Positions 10,145 to 19,568 of a stretch of DNA of 40,003 nt are shown one piece after another. Below the pieces are notes generated by a model. That model was given only the letters and a program-made list of their open reading frames with translations. It made no database searches and had not been told where the DNA came from. The position numbers and the translations under genes were made by a program. The stretch comes from Cytophagales bacterium (GTDB taxonomy: Bacteria; Bacteroidota; Bacteroidia; Cytophagales; ES-bin-26). Where the stretch lies: the NCBI GenBank assembly GCA_014379925.1, contig JACMKY010000379.1, positions 1 through 40,003 on the forward strand. The letters run 5' to 3'. Numbering within the stretch: the first letter of the stretch is position 1; each line of letters begins with the position of its first letter.

Positions 10145-11110
10145 TCATCCCTTTACCGGCCCGGTTACTTTTTCGTTCTTATTGGATTCTGATTTGATTT
10201 CCACCTTTCGTTCAAACCGTTTGATCTTGATGGCGTGCTCGGCAGGTTCGATCTCCTCCCCCCTTCGTTTCATAAACACGTAGGCGTATTCTGCTCCGAC
10301 AAAGAAGATCCAACACGAATAGTTGATCCATAAAATGATAATGATGATGGAGGCGGCGGCACCGTACGTGGAGGTAAAGTCACTCTGTCCGATGTACAAG
10401 CTGATGAGGTATTTACCCACCGAGAAGAGAATCGTGGTCAGGATCGAGGCCCGCCAGACGTTGCGCCACTTGATCTTTGCATCGGGCAGGAACTTGAAGA
10501 TAACCGCAAACAAGAGAACGAGTATGGCCGACGAAACCGCTAGCTCCAGTGTATTAAACAAAGCCAGGGAAGAATCACCCAAAATTCGTTGGATGTAATT
10601 ACTCAGTACGTTGATCAGGCTACTGACCACCAAAGAGATGATTAGAAAAAAGCCAATGCCCAGTACCATCGTGAAGGACAGTAGCCGATTAATTACCAAC
10701 CGTATGATGCCTTTGATGCCATTATTGGGATTGGGTTTTACCTTCCAGATGGCGTTCAAAGATTCCTGCAAAGCAGCAAACGTGACGGTGGCGGAAAAAA
10801 TCAGGGTTCCAATGCCAAGCAGCGTCGGAATGAGACCACTGCGATCCCGGTAGGCATTCTCCACCATGGTTTGGATGGCCTTGGCCCCGTCCGCACCGAT
10901 CAGGCCCCGGATCTGGTTGAACAATTCGCCGGTCACTGCCTCCCGACCAAAAAAGTAACCCGCCAGGCTGATGACGATGATCATCATGGGAGCCAGCGAA
11001 AAGATGGTATAATACGAGAGGGCGGCCGCCATCTGGGAACAATTGTCGTCAATCCATTCCTCAAACATCTCCTTGGTAAAGGACCAGGTGTTGACAAAAA
11101 ATCGCTTCAT
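10145..11110 (-). CDS. YihY/virulence factor BrkB family inner-membrane protein
   Basis: AAALSYYTIFSLAP, LQESLNAIW, FKFLPD, STYGAAASIIIILLWINYS, GAE; several transmembrane helices; start taken at the ATG of MKRFF. Confidence 0.92.
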   Translation of the reverse strand: MKRFFVNTWSFTKEMFEEWIDDNCSQMAAALSYYTIFSLAPMMIIVISLAGYFFGREAVTGELFNQIRGLIGADGAKAIQTMVENAYRDRSGLIPTLLGIGTLIFSATVTFAALQESLNAIWKVKPNPNNGIKGIIRLVINRLLSFTMVLGIGFFLIISLVVSSLINVLSNYIQRILGDSSLALFNTLELAVSSAILVLLFAVIFKFLPDAKIKWRNVWRASILTTILFSVGKYLISLYIGQSDFTSTYGAAASIIIIILWINYSCWIFFVGAEYAYVFMKRRGEEIEPAEHAIKIKRFERKVEIKSESNKNEKVTGPVKG

Positions 11111-11301
11111 GGTTGCATCGAATTTTTGGCTCTCCGCAAACATACGCAGGTTTTTCGAGGGGGGTTCTTCTTTTTTACGCAATCAATTGACCGAAAGAGC
11201 ATTAACAATAAGAGTCAGTCAACTTAGCGCGGGCGTCAACATCATCCGCAGGAATGATCCGTCAAAAAGCAAGGGGCCGCCCGACGAAGCGTTCCCAAAA
11301 G

Positions 11302-11335
11302 GGAAAGCCTTCGGAAGTACTTCCGAAGGCTTTCC
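11302..11335. terminator. Perfect 34-bp palindrome downstream of the beta-oxidation cluster; likely terminator or mRNA-stabilising hairpin
   Basis: GGAAAGCCTTCGGAAGT-ACTTCCGAAGGCTTTCC; on the minus strand it is followed by CTTTT. Confidence 0.7.
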
Positions 11336-11353
11336 TAACCGGTAAAAAAGATG

Positions 11354-13150
11354 CTAGAACGGGTAGCGGTTCTTGGCGATGGCGTGGTCGGCTATCCGGC
11401 GACGCATCTCCTTCAGGTTGAGCGGAGCGATTTTGGTAAACCGCTTCAGCCCCATCAGCATCCCACGCAGCTCATCACCTTCGGCAAAGGAAGTAACGGC
11501 GGCCTTACCCGCCTGGTTGATTTTCTCTACGGCTTCGTGCAAATAAACCAGCGCCATGTCCTTGTGCAAGGCCGTCGCTGCTTCACCCCGGAGACCGATC
11601 AGCTTTTCCGTCCGCAAAAGGGTGGATTCCGCCACGTAGACCTCGATCAGCATATCGGCCAGGTTCAGCATAATTTCCTGCTCCCGCTCGAAGGCCGGGC
11701 CGAATTTCTGCAACGCCGCGCCGGCCGTCATCAACAAGGCTTTCTTCAGGTTTTTCAGCACTTTCTTCTCTTCCACGAACATTCCTTCCGGCTCTTCGGC
11801 GGCCAAATCCGGGATGGACATGATTTCTTTGGCCACTGCCATCGCGGGTCCCATGATGTTGAGCTCGCCCTTCATCGCCCGCTTGACAATCGTTCCGACG
11901 GCCAGCATCCGGTTGATTTCGTTGGTTCCCTCGAAAATGCGGTTGATCCGGGCGTCCCGGTAGGCGCGGTCCATGGGGGCGTCGGCGGAGTAGCCCATGC
12001 CGCCGTAGATCTGCACGCCTTCGTCGACCACGTACGAGAGCGCTTCCGAACCGTGTACCTTCATCAGGGCGCATTCGATGGCAAATTGTTCCACCCCTTT
12101 CAGTTTGGCTTCGGCCTCGGGCATTCCCGCTTCAATCAGGTCTTCAATGGCATCCTCAATGTTCTGACCTGCCCGGTAGGAAGCGGATTCAGTGGCGTAG
12201 GTCTTCATGATCTGCGTGGCCAGTTTGTGTTTGATGGCACCGAAGCTGGCAATGGAAACCCCGAATTGCTTGCGCTCATTGGCGTAGTTCACGGCGTGGT
12301 TGATGGTTTGCTTGGAAGCACCAATGCCCGCCGCGGCCAGTTTGATCCGACCGATGTTGAGAATATTGACGGCAATCTTGAAGCCGTTTTCCCGGTTGGA
12401 AAGCAGGTTTTCGACTGGCACGAGGCAGTCGTTGAAGAAAACCTGGCGGGTAGAGGAACCCTTGATCCCCATCTTTTTCTCCTCCTCGTTCATTGTGATG
12501 CCCCCGTGCCCTCTTTCCACGATGAACGCCGTCAGGTTTTTGTCGTTGTCGATCTTGGCGAACACAATGAACAAATCGGCGAACCCTCCGTTGGTAATCC
12601 ACATCTTCTGACCCGTGAGGGAGTAATGCTGGCCGTCGGCAGTCAACGTGGCCCTGGTTTTGGCCGCGTTGGCGTCGGAACCGGAATCGGGTTCGGTGAG
12701 GCAATACGCAGCTTTCCATTCGCCGGTCGCTAGTTTGGGCAGGTACCTGGCTTTTTGTTCCTCGTTGCCGTAGTAGAGGATGGGTAGCGTGCCGATGCCG
12801 GTGTGCGCCGAAAGGGCCACCGCAAACGAACAACCCGGACCCGTTACGTCGGCCACCAGCATCGACGTGTTGAAGTTCATCCCGAATCCGCCGTATTGCT
12901 CCGGGATGGACGTGCCCAGCAGGCCTAACTCACCGGCCTTGTCCATCAACGATACCATCAGGTCATTGGTCTTGGCTTGATCGATCTCATCCAACCGGGG
13001 GTAGATTTCCCTTTCCAGAAATTCCCGGCACGTATTGGCAACCATTCGCTGCTCTTCAGTAAATTCCTCCGGTATGAACACCTGGGCGGCTTCCGTTTCC
13101 TTGATGAGGAATTCGCCTCCCTTGATGGATTTCCTTTCGATCGTTTGCAT
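11354..13150 (-). CDS. fadE: Acyl-CoA dehydrogenase (about 600 aa, long-chain FadE-like)
   Basis: AYCLTEPDSGSDA, GQKMWITNG, KMGIKGSST, RKQFG, GVQIYGGMGY, YRDARINRIFEGTNEINR. Confidence 0.93.
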   Translation of the reverse strand: MQTIERKSIKGGEFLIKETEAAQVFIPEEFTEEQRMVANTCREFLEREIYPRLDEIDQAKTNDLMVSLMDKAGELGLLGTSIPEQYGGFGMNFNTSMLVADVTGPGCSFAVALSAHTGIGTLPILYYGNEEQKARYLPKLATGEWKAAYCLTEPDSGSDANAAKTRATLTADGQHYSLTGQKMWITNGGFADLFIVFAKIDNDKNLTAFIVERGHGGITMNEEEKKMGIKGSSTRQVFFNDCLVPVENLLSNRENGFKIAVNILNIGRIKLAAAGIGASKQTINHAVNYANERKQFGVSIASFGAIKHKLATQIMKTYATESASYRAGQNIEDAIEDLIEAGMPEAEAKLKGVEQFAIECALMKVHGSEALSYVVDEGVQIYGGMGYSADAPMDRAYRDARINRIFEGTNEINRMLAVGTIVKRAMKGELNIMGPAMAVAKEIMSIPDLAAEEPEGMFVEEKKVLKNLKKALLMTAGAALQKFGPAFEREQEIMLNLADMLIEVYVAESTLLRTEKLIGLRGEAATALHKDMALVYLHEAVEKINQAGKAAVTSFAEGDELRGMLMGLKRFTKIAPLNLKEMRRRIADHAIAKNRYPF

Positions 13151-13273
13151 AGTTGAAAAAGAGTTGGGTGAAGAATGCTTTTTGGTTTGTTGATCTAAAT
13201 ACCCGGCAAGCTCCGTTGGGTAAGTGAATAAACCGCTCAATCGAATTAAATCAGGTGAGGGCGAGTCAAACCC

Positions 13274-14449
13274 TCAGTTCAGCAATTCGTAGATTCCGGC
13301 CACGCCCTGGCCACCGCCCACGCAGGCCGATACCATTCCGTACTTCTGGTTCCGGCGCCGCATTTCGTTGAAAAGTTGAATGGACAGTTTGGCGCCGGAG
13401 CATCCCAGCGGATGGCCCAAGGCAATCGCCCCGCCGTTCGGATTGATCTTCTCGCGGTCCAGGCCCAATTCCTTGATCACGGCCAGCGATTGAGCGGCAA
13501 ACGCTTCGTTGAGCTCGATCTGCTCAATGTCGTTCTGCTTGAGGCCGGCTTTTTTCAGCGCAATCGGAATGGCCGCTACCGGCCCGATGCCCATGATGCT
13601 CGGCTCCACGCCGACGGAAGCGTAGGTAATCATCCGCGCGATGGGTTTGAGATTCAACTCGTTGACCAGTTGCTCGGACATGACCATCACGAAGGCCGCT
13701 CCGTCCGAAGTTTGGGAGGAATTCCCGGCCGTTACCGAACCGCCGTTCGCAAATACGGGCTTTAGCTTGGCAAGGGCGTCCAACGAGGTATCCGCGCGCG
13801 GGCCTTCGTCGGTGTCCACGGTGTATTCGCGGGTTCGTTTCTTCATGTTTTCGTCCAGGTAGGTTTCCTTCACCTTTACCGGGACGATTTCCTCCCTGAA
13901 TTTTCCTTCCTTGATTGCCTTGATCGCTTTCTGGTGGGACTGGTAAGAGAATTCATCCTGTTCCTGGCGGCCAATGTGGTATCTCTCCGCCACCTGTTCC
14001 GCCGTCAAGCCCATGCCGATGTAGTAATCGGGGTGCTGTTGGGCAATCTCGAAATTCAGGGCGGTTTTGTAGCCCATCACTGGTACCAGCGACATGGATT
14101 CGGTTCCGCCGGCGATGATGCAATCGGCCAGGCCGGCGTGGATTTTCGCGGAGGCGATGGCAATGGCTTCCACCCCCGATCCGCAGTAGCGGTTGATGGT
14201 GAAGCCGGGCACGTTTTGCGGCAGTGAAAGCAAAGCCACGTAGCGGCCGATCTGCATGCCTTGTTCGGCCTCGGGCACGGCGTTTCCCACGATGAGGTCG
14301 TCCACGCGGGCGGGGTCCAGTTGGGGCACGGAAGCGACCAGTTGCCTGACCACCTCCGCGGCCAGGTCATCGGGGCGGGTAAACCGGAAACCACCGCGGC
14401 CCGCTTTTCCCACGGCGGTCCGGTATCCGGCAACAATGTATGCGTCCAT
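13274..14449 (-). CDS. fadA: Acetyl-CoA C-acyltransferase (3-ketoacyl-CoA thiolase)
   Basis: [57 protein letters not shown]. Confidence 0.95.
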   Translation of the reverse strand: MDAYIVAGYRTAVGKAGRGGFRFTRPDDLAAEVVRQLVASVPQLDPARVDDLIVGNAVPEAEQGMQIGRYVALLSLPQNVPGFTINRYCGSGVEAIAIASAKIHAGLADCIIAGGTESMSLVPVMGYKTALNFEIAQQHPDYYIGMGLTAEQVAERYHIGRQEQDEFSYQSHQKAIKAIKEGKFREEIVPVKVKETYLDENMKKRTREYTVDTDEGPRADTSLDALAKLKPVFANGGSVTAGNSSQTSDGAAFVMVMSEQLVNELNLKPIARMITYASVGVEPSIMGIGPVAAIPIALKKAGLKQNDIEQIELNEAFAAQSLAVIKELGLDREKINPNGGAIALGHPLGCSGAKLSIQLFNEMRRRNQKYGMVSACVGGGQGVAGIYELLN

Positions 14450-14473
14450 AGGGGTTGGTTTTTGGATCAATCA

Positions 14474-16933
14474 CTAGTTTCTGAGCGGTTTTCCCCCGGT
14501 CAGCAGGCTCTGGATGCGCTCCAGCGTCTTCTTCTCCCCCGCCAGGGACAAGAAAGCTTCCCGTTCCAAGTCCAGCAAATACTGTTCCGTCACCAGGGTA
14601 GGATAAGAGAGGTCTCCCCCGCAGATGACGTAAGCCAGCTTGTCGGCGATCTTCACGTCGTGGTCGGAAATGTAGCGGCCCATCTTCATCGCCGTGATGC
14701 CCGCCTTGAAGAGGGCAATGCCCGCCTTGCCCTGCACCTTGATGTCCGTGCGTTGCTTGGGCTGGCTGTAACCCATCTCCGCCAGTTCAATGACCGCTTC
14801 CTTGGCGTCTGCGATGAGTCGGGCGCGATTTAAAACGATCCGGTCACCCCGACGCAGGTAATTCATCTCGAGTGCTTCCTGGGCCGAGGTAGAGACCTTG
14901 GCCGAGGCAATGTTCATGAAAGCATTCTGCAAAACGTTCAACTCCGGATCGCCGGGTTTGTAGAGATCGGAGCACCGCAGGGCCATTTCCTTGGTACCGC
15001 CTCCCGCCGGAATTATGCCTACGCCCACCTCTACCAATCCCATATAGGTTTCAGCGGCGGCCACTACCCGGTCCGCGTGCAGGTTGATCTCGCAACCTCC
15101 CCCCAGCGACAGGCTGTGCGGCGCCGTTACGACCGGAATGGCGGAATACCGTACGCGCATCATGGTGTGCTGGAATTGGCGGATCATCATCTCAACCTCG
15201 TCGAATTCCTGCTCGATGGCGTACATGAACAACATCGCCAGGTTGGCCCCCGCCGAAAATGCTTCGGTGCTGTCGTTTCCGATGACCAGTCCCCGGAAAT
15301 CTTTTTCGGCCAATGCAATGGCTTTGTTGACTCCTTCGATCAACTCCGCCCCCATCGTGTTCATCTTGGTGTGGAACGCCAGGTTCAGAACGCCGTCGCC
15401 CAGATCGAAGACCGTCGCCCCCGCGTTTTTCCAAACCACCTTGGTGGCCCGCAGGTTGTCCAGGATAAGGAATTCCTCCGTACCCGGAATCGGCCGGTAC
15501 GACCGGGAGGGAACGTCGTAATAGGTTCGTTTTCCCCCTTCCACCCGGTAAAAGCTTTCCTGGCCGTTGGCCAGCATCTCATAAACCCAGTCGGCGGGCT
15601 TTTTGCCTTCGGCTTCCATTGTTTTCACCGTCTCCCGGACCCCCAGGGCATCCCAGGTTTCGAACGGGCCGATTTCCCAGCCGAAACCGGCGGATACGGC
15701 CGCGTCAATTCGATAAAGCTCGTCGGCGATCTCGGGAATGCGGTGGCTTACGTACTGAAAACCGTCCAGGAAGGTCCGGCGGTAAAATTCACCCGCCTGG
15801 TCTTTCCCGGCCAGCAGCACCTTCAGGCGATCTTTCAGGTTCTCAATGTTTTTGGTGGCTTCCAGGGTCGCAAACTTCACCTTTTCAGAAGGCTTGTATT
15901 CGAACGTTTTCAAATCCAGCGCCAGGATTTGCTTGCCGCCGTTTTCATCGCGCACGGCCTTGTAGAAACCCTGGCCCGTCTTGTCGCCGTACCACTTGCG
16001 CTCCTGCATCTTCTGAACGATGCCCGCCAGTTGGAAATCCCCGCGCGATTCGTCGGGGGCCAAGCCCGCACGGAGGTTATTGGCCACGTTGATGGTTGTG
16101 TCCAGGCCCACTACGTCGGAGAGGCGGAAAGTGCCGGATTTGGGGCGACCGATGACCGGGCCGGTGAGCTTATCCACTTCCTCGACAGTCAGGCCCATTT
16201 CCTCCACCACTTGCATTGTTTTCAGCAACGAGTACACGCCCACGCGGTTAGCAATGAACGCGGGCGTGTCTTTGCACAACACGGTGGTTTTGCCCAGGTA
16301 CAGATCGCCGTAGTGCAGCAGAAATGCCACCACCGCCGGGTCAGTTTGGGGAGTTGGGATGATCTCGAGCAACTTCAGGTAACGCGGCGGATTAAAAAAG
16401 TGCGCACCGCAGAAGTGCCGCGCGAAATCCTCACCCCGTCCTTCCGCCATCAGGTGGATCGGAATGCCGGACGTATTAGAAGTAATCAGGGTACCCGGCT
16501 TTCGGAACTGTTCGACCCGCTCGTAAAGACGCTGCTTGATTGCCAGGTTTTCCACAACCACTTCAACAATCCAATCGCAGTCCCCGATGTCTTTCAGGTT
16601 GTCATCGAAATTACCCAAGCTAACGCGGTTCGCAAAGTTCTTGCTGTACAATGGGGCCGGGTTGGCCTTGAGCGTATTTTGGAACGCCTCGTTCACTATC
16701 CGGTTTCGGACGGCTTTGCTCTCCAGCGTCAAACCCTTGGCTTTTTCCGCGTCGTTGGGTTCTATGGGCACGAGATCGAGCAGCAATACATCCACCCCGA
16801 TGTTGGCGAAATGACAGGCAATGCGCGAACCCATAATGCCCGAACCCAGCACGGCCACCCGACGAATGTTCCGCTTGGGAAACGCGGTCTTGCGTGGGGT
16901 ACTTACTTCCTTCTCCAGCGTGGTTGGTTCCAT
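14474..16933 (-). CDS. fadN: 3-hydroxyacyl-CoA dehydrogenase / enoyl-CoA hydratase fusion (FadN-type, dehydrogenase domain at the N-terminus)
   Basis: VAVLGSGIMG Rossmann motif, SNTSG, HFFNPPRY, KDTPAFIANR; C-terminal crotonase with FSAGANL, LGGGCE and GLVEVGVGIIPAGGG. Confidence 0.93.
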   Translation of the reverse strand: MEPTTLEKEVSTPRKTAFPKRNIRRVAVLGSGIMGSRIACHFANIGVDVLLLDLVPIEPNDAEKAKGLTLESKAVRNRIVNEAFQNTLKANPAPLYSKNFANRVSLGNFDDNLKDIGDCDWIVEVVVENLAIKQRLYERVEQFRKPGTLITSNTSGIPIHLMAEGRGEDFARHFCGAHFFNPPRYLKLLEIIPTPQTDPAVVAFLLHYGDLYLGKTTVLCKDTPAFIANRVGVYSLLKTMQVVEEMGLTVEEVDKLTGPVIGRPKSGTFRLSDVVGLDTTINVANNLRAGLAPDESRGDFQLAGIVQKMQERKWYGDKTGQGFYKAVRDENGGKQILALDLKTFEYKPSEKVKFATLEATKNIENLKDRLKVLLAGKDQAGEFYRRTFLDGFQYVSHRIPEIADELYRIDAAVSAGFGWEIGPFETWDALGVRETVKTMEAEGKKPADWVYEMLANGQESFYRVEGGKRTYYDVPSRSYRPIPGTEEFLILDNLRATKVVWKNAGATVFDLGDGVLNLAFHTKMNTMGAELIEGVNKAIALAEKDFRGLVIGNDSTEAFSAGANLAMLFMYAIEQEFDEVEMMIRQFQHTMMRVRYSAIPVVTAPHSLSLGGGCEINLHADRVVAAAETYMGLVEVGVGIIPAGGGTKEMALRCSDLYKPGDPELNVLQNAFMNIASAKVSTSAQEALEMNYLRRGDRIVLNRARLIADAKEAVIELAEMGYSQPKQRTDIKVQGKAGIALFKAGITAMKMGRYISDHDVKIADKLAYVICGGDLSYPTLVTEQYLLDLEREAFLSLAGEKKTLERIQSLLTGGKPLRN

Positions 16934-16968
16934 GAGTGACAAGGTTGATTGGAGTAATTAATGTTCGT

Positions 16969-17439
16969 TTACCCTACGGCGTTGTTTTCTTCCAACGTTA
17001 ATCTCTCTTCCACGACCAGACTCTCTACCACCCGGTTTATGTCCCCAATCACCTCGAAGAACACCGTCAGCTTCTCGATGGAAATATGCTGCAGCACTTG
17101 TTGATTGAACTCAATCACGGTCCGCCGGGCTATCTCGCGCTGGAACCTTCCTTTGTCCGTCAGGTGGATATTGACGAACCGTTTGTCGTGTTCACTTCCG
17201 GATCGGTTGATCCAGCCTTTTTCCTCCAGACTCTTCAGCATTCGGGTCAGGCTGCGGGGTTCAAGCCCCAGCGTAGGGGCGATTTTAGTGGCGGGCGTGC
17301 CTTTTTCCAAGTCAATGTTGAGCAATACGTAGCCAATCGACATCGTCATATCGTGCTTTGCCGCCTTGGCGTTGTACATCCGGGAAATTGCCAGCCAGCC
17401 GGACTTGAGGTGGAAATCGACGGTTTGGTGCGCTTTCAA
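16969..17439 (-). CDS. MarR family transcriptional regulator heading the beta-oxidation operon
   Basis: Winged-helix motif ATKIAPTLGLEPRSLTRMLKSLEEKGWINR...DKRFVNIHLTDKG; probable TTG start at 17439. Confidence 0.9.
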   Translation of the reverse strand: MKAHQTVDFHLKSGWLAISRMYNAKAAKHDMTMSIGYVLLNIDLEKGTPATKIAPTLGLEPRSLTRMLKSLEEKGWINRSGSEHDKRFVNIHLTDKGRFQREIARRTVIEFNQQVLQHISIEKLTVFFEVIGDINRVVESLVVEERLTLEENNAVG

Positions 17440-17477
17440 TGAAGTTTTTTTAGTGAACCAAAGATACGACGTAGTAG

Positions 17478-17489
17478 TATGCAAGCATA
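17478..17489. promoter_or_regulatory. Candidate MarR operator
   Basis: Inverted repeat TATGC-AA-GCATA about 40 bp upstream of the probable marR start; the position fits MarR autoregulation (inference). Confidence 0.5.
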
Positions 17490-17694
17490 ACATTTATTGA
17501 AAATAATTTTCGCGACGAAAGTCCTACACAAAAAATATTGGACACAAAACAGGCTCCGAAACACGATCCGAAAGCCTTTTTGGGGGGTTATTGTCGAATT
17601 TTGTATTATTTCAAGGCGTATTTTTCGATCTTTTTGGACGATTGTACTTTTCAGGGTGAGGATTTTGAACCGAGGTAGTCAGGTTTGGTGCAAG

Positions 17695-17724
17695 AAAAAA
17701 GCCTCCCTTGAACGGAGAGGCTTT
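17695..17724 (-). terminator. Rho-independent terminator of fadD
   Basis: Minus strand reads AAAGCCTCTC-CGTTCAA-GGGAGGC-TTTTTT, immediately after the fadD stop codon. Confidence 0.75.
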
Positions 17725-17728
17725 GACG

Positions 17729-19534
17729 TTAGGTGTACATTTGGTCAATCTGGTCTTTGTACTTGGCGTAGATGATTTTTCGCTTCAACTTGAGGGTTGG
17801 GGTAAGCTCACCGCCTTCGACGCCCCAAAGATTGGGCAGCAGGGCAAATCTTTTCACCCGCTCGTACTGGGCGAAATGTTCATTTAACGAGTTTAATTCC
17901 TTTTGAAATTCGTCCACAACATCCGATTTGGTAACCATGTCGGCATCGGAGGTATAGGTCAATCCCTGGGTTTTTGCCCACTCCCGCAAAGCGGGGAAGG
18001 AAGGCACCAACAGTACGGAGGGAAATCGCTGTCCGTCGCCCACCACCATGGCTTGTTCAATCAAAATTGATTCCTTCAATTTGTTTTCAATGAGTTGAGG
18101 AGCAATGTATTTACCACCCGACGTTTTGAACATTTCTTTTTTACGGTCGGTAATTTTCAGGAATTGACCCTCTACCATCTCCCCGATGTCGCCGGTGTGG
18201 AACCAGCCTTCCTCATCCATCACTTCGGCGGTCAGTTGGGGTTTTTTGTAGTACCCTTTCATTACATTCGGGCCCTTTACCAGGATTTCACCGTCGTCCG
18301 CAATCTTTACTTGCACACCACTGATTACTTTTCCCACGCACCCGATTCGCATGTTTCCGGGTTCAATGCGACTGGTTGAAACAACCGGCGAGGTTTCGGT
18401 CAATCCGTATCCCTCCGCTACCGGGATGCCGGCGGCCCAAAATACCCGCGTCAGCCGGGATTGCAATGCGGCAGCCCCCGAACTGATCAGCGTGATGTTT
18501 CCGCCCAAGGCTTCGCGCCATTTGTTAAAAATTAATCTATTCGCTAATTTCAGTTGGGCGTTGTACCACGGTCCTTGGTCTTGGTTCGGGTCGTACTTCA
18601 ACCCAAGGTCCAGTGCCCAGAAAAACAACCTTTTCTTTACGCCCGTCAATTCGTATCCTTTGTTTACAATCTTGTCGTACACTTTTTCCAGCAGACGCGG
18701 CACGGTTGTAAACACGTTCGGTTTCACCTCCTTCAGGTTGTCCCCAATGGTCTCGAGACTTTCCGCGTAATACACCGAAATGCCGGACCGCAAGTACAAA
18801 TAAATGCACATTCTCTCGTAGATGTGGCACATGGGCAGAAAACTGAGCGCCCGACCCGTGTGATCAACGGGTACGTTTGGAACCGATGCTTCCACATTGC
18901 TCATTAAATTGCCGTGGGTAAGCATTACTCCCTTGGGGTTTCCCGTGGTCCCGGACGTGTAAATCAAGGTGAGCAAATCTTCGGGACTCACTCCGGCTTT
19001 GTGCGATTCCAGCAGCGCTTGCGACCCGTCTTTTTCCAGGTCCCAAACTTCCGTCCATTGTTTGGCACCGGTTACCCGGTCAAACGTATAGACTTCCTGA
19101 ATGCCGGTTAGGTTCTTGGTGGCGCTTCGTACCCGGTTGTACAAGTTTTCATCGGCAACAAAAACCAATTTCACCTCGGCATCCGAAAAAATGTACCGGT
19201 AGTCTTCTTCCGTGATGTTGGGATACATTGGCACGCTCACCGCGCCCAGTTGCTGAATGCCGAAATCGACGAAATTCCATTCAGGTCGGTTAGGCGAGAT
19301 AACCGCAATTTTGTCCCCTTTCCCGATTCCCAGCTTTATTAATCCAAGGCTAACTTTATTTGCTTGATTAAGAACGTCTTGCGAGCTGTATTTAACCCAT
19401 TGTCCGTTTACTTTGTTGGCCAGGGCATCTTCCTTGTTGAATTTCTCTACGTGCCAGAGCATCAAATCAAAAACCCGGGTGAGTTCTTGCGTCACTTTTT
19501 TCGTTGGTTTTTGCGTGACAATGGGGGTTTCCAT
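17729..19534 (-). CDS. fadD: Long-chain fatty-acid--CoA ligase (AMP-dependent synthetase)
   Basis: LIYTSGTTGNPKGVMLTH, EGYGLTETSP, GWFHTGDIG, ITDRKKEMFKTSGGKYIAPQ, ELTPTLKLKR. Confidence 0.93.
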   Translation of the reverse strand: METPIVTQKPTKKVTQELTRVFDLMLWHVEKFNKEDALANKVNGQWVKYSSQDVLNQANKVSLGLIKLGIGKGDKIAVISPNRPEWNFVDFGIQQLGAVSVPMYPNITEEDYRYIFSDAEVKLVFVADENLYNRVRSATKNLTGIQEVYTFDRVTGAKQWTEVWDLEKDGSQALLESHKAGVSPEDLLTLIYTSGTTGNPKGVMLTHGNLMSNVEASVPNVPVDHTGRALSFLPMCHIYERMCIYLYLRSGISVYYAESLETIGDNLKEVKPNVFTTVPRLLEKVYDKIVNKGYELTGVKKRLFFWALDLGLKYDPNQDQGPWYNAQLKLANRLIFNKWREALGGNITLISSGAAALQSRLTRVFWAAGIPVAEGYGLTETSPVVSTSRIEPGNMRIGCVGKVISGVQVKIADDGEILVKGPNVMKGYYKKPQLTAEVMDEEGWFHTGDIGEMVEGQFLKITDRKKEMFKTSGGKYIAPQLIENKLKESILIEQAMVVGDGQRFPSVLLVPSFPALREWAKTQGLTYTSDADMVTKSDVVDEFQKELNSLNEHFAQYERVKRFALLPNLWGVEGGELTPTLKLKRKIIYAKYKDQIDQMYT

Positions 19535-19568
19535 AGTGAAGTGCTTGGTTTTCGGTTCAACTGACGGG

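Noticed and set aside
16170-16556. Isolated DnaA-box-like 9-mers inside fadN (16170 and 16548)
   Set aside because: They are single, lie within coding sequence and are explained by codons; matches like this are expected by chance.
15077-16939. 620-aa plus-strand ORF opposite fadN, and likewise 11351-12733 opposite fadE
   Set aside because: In-register antisense frames of conserved enzymes with no independent coding signal.
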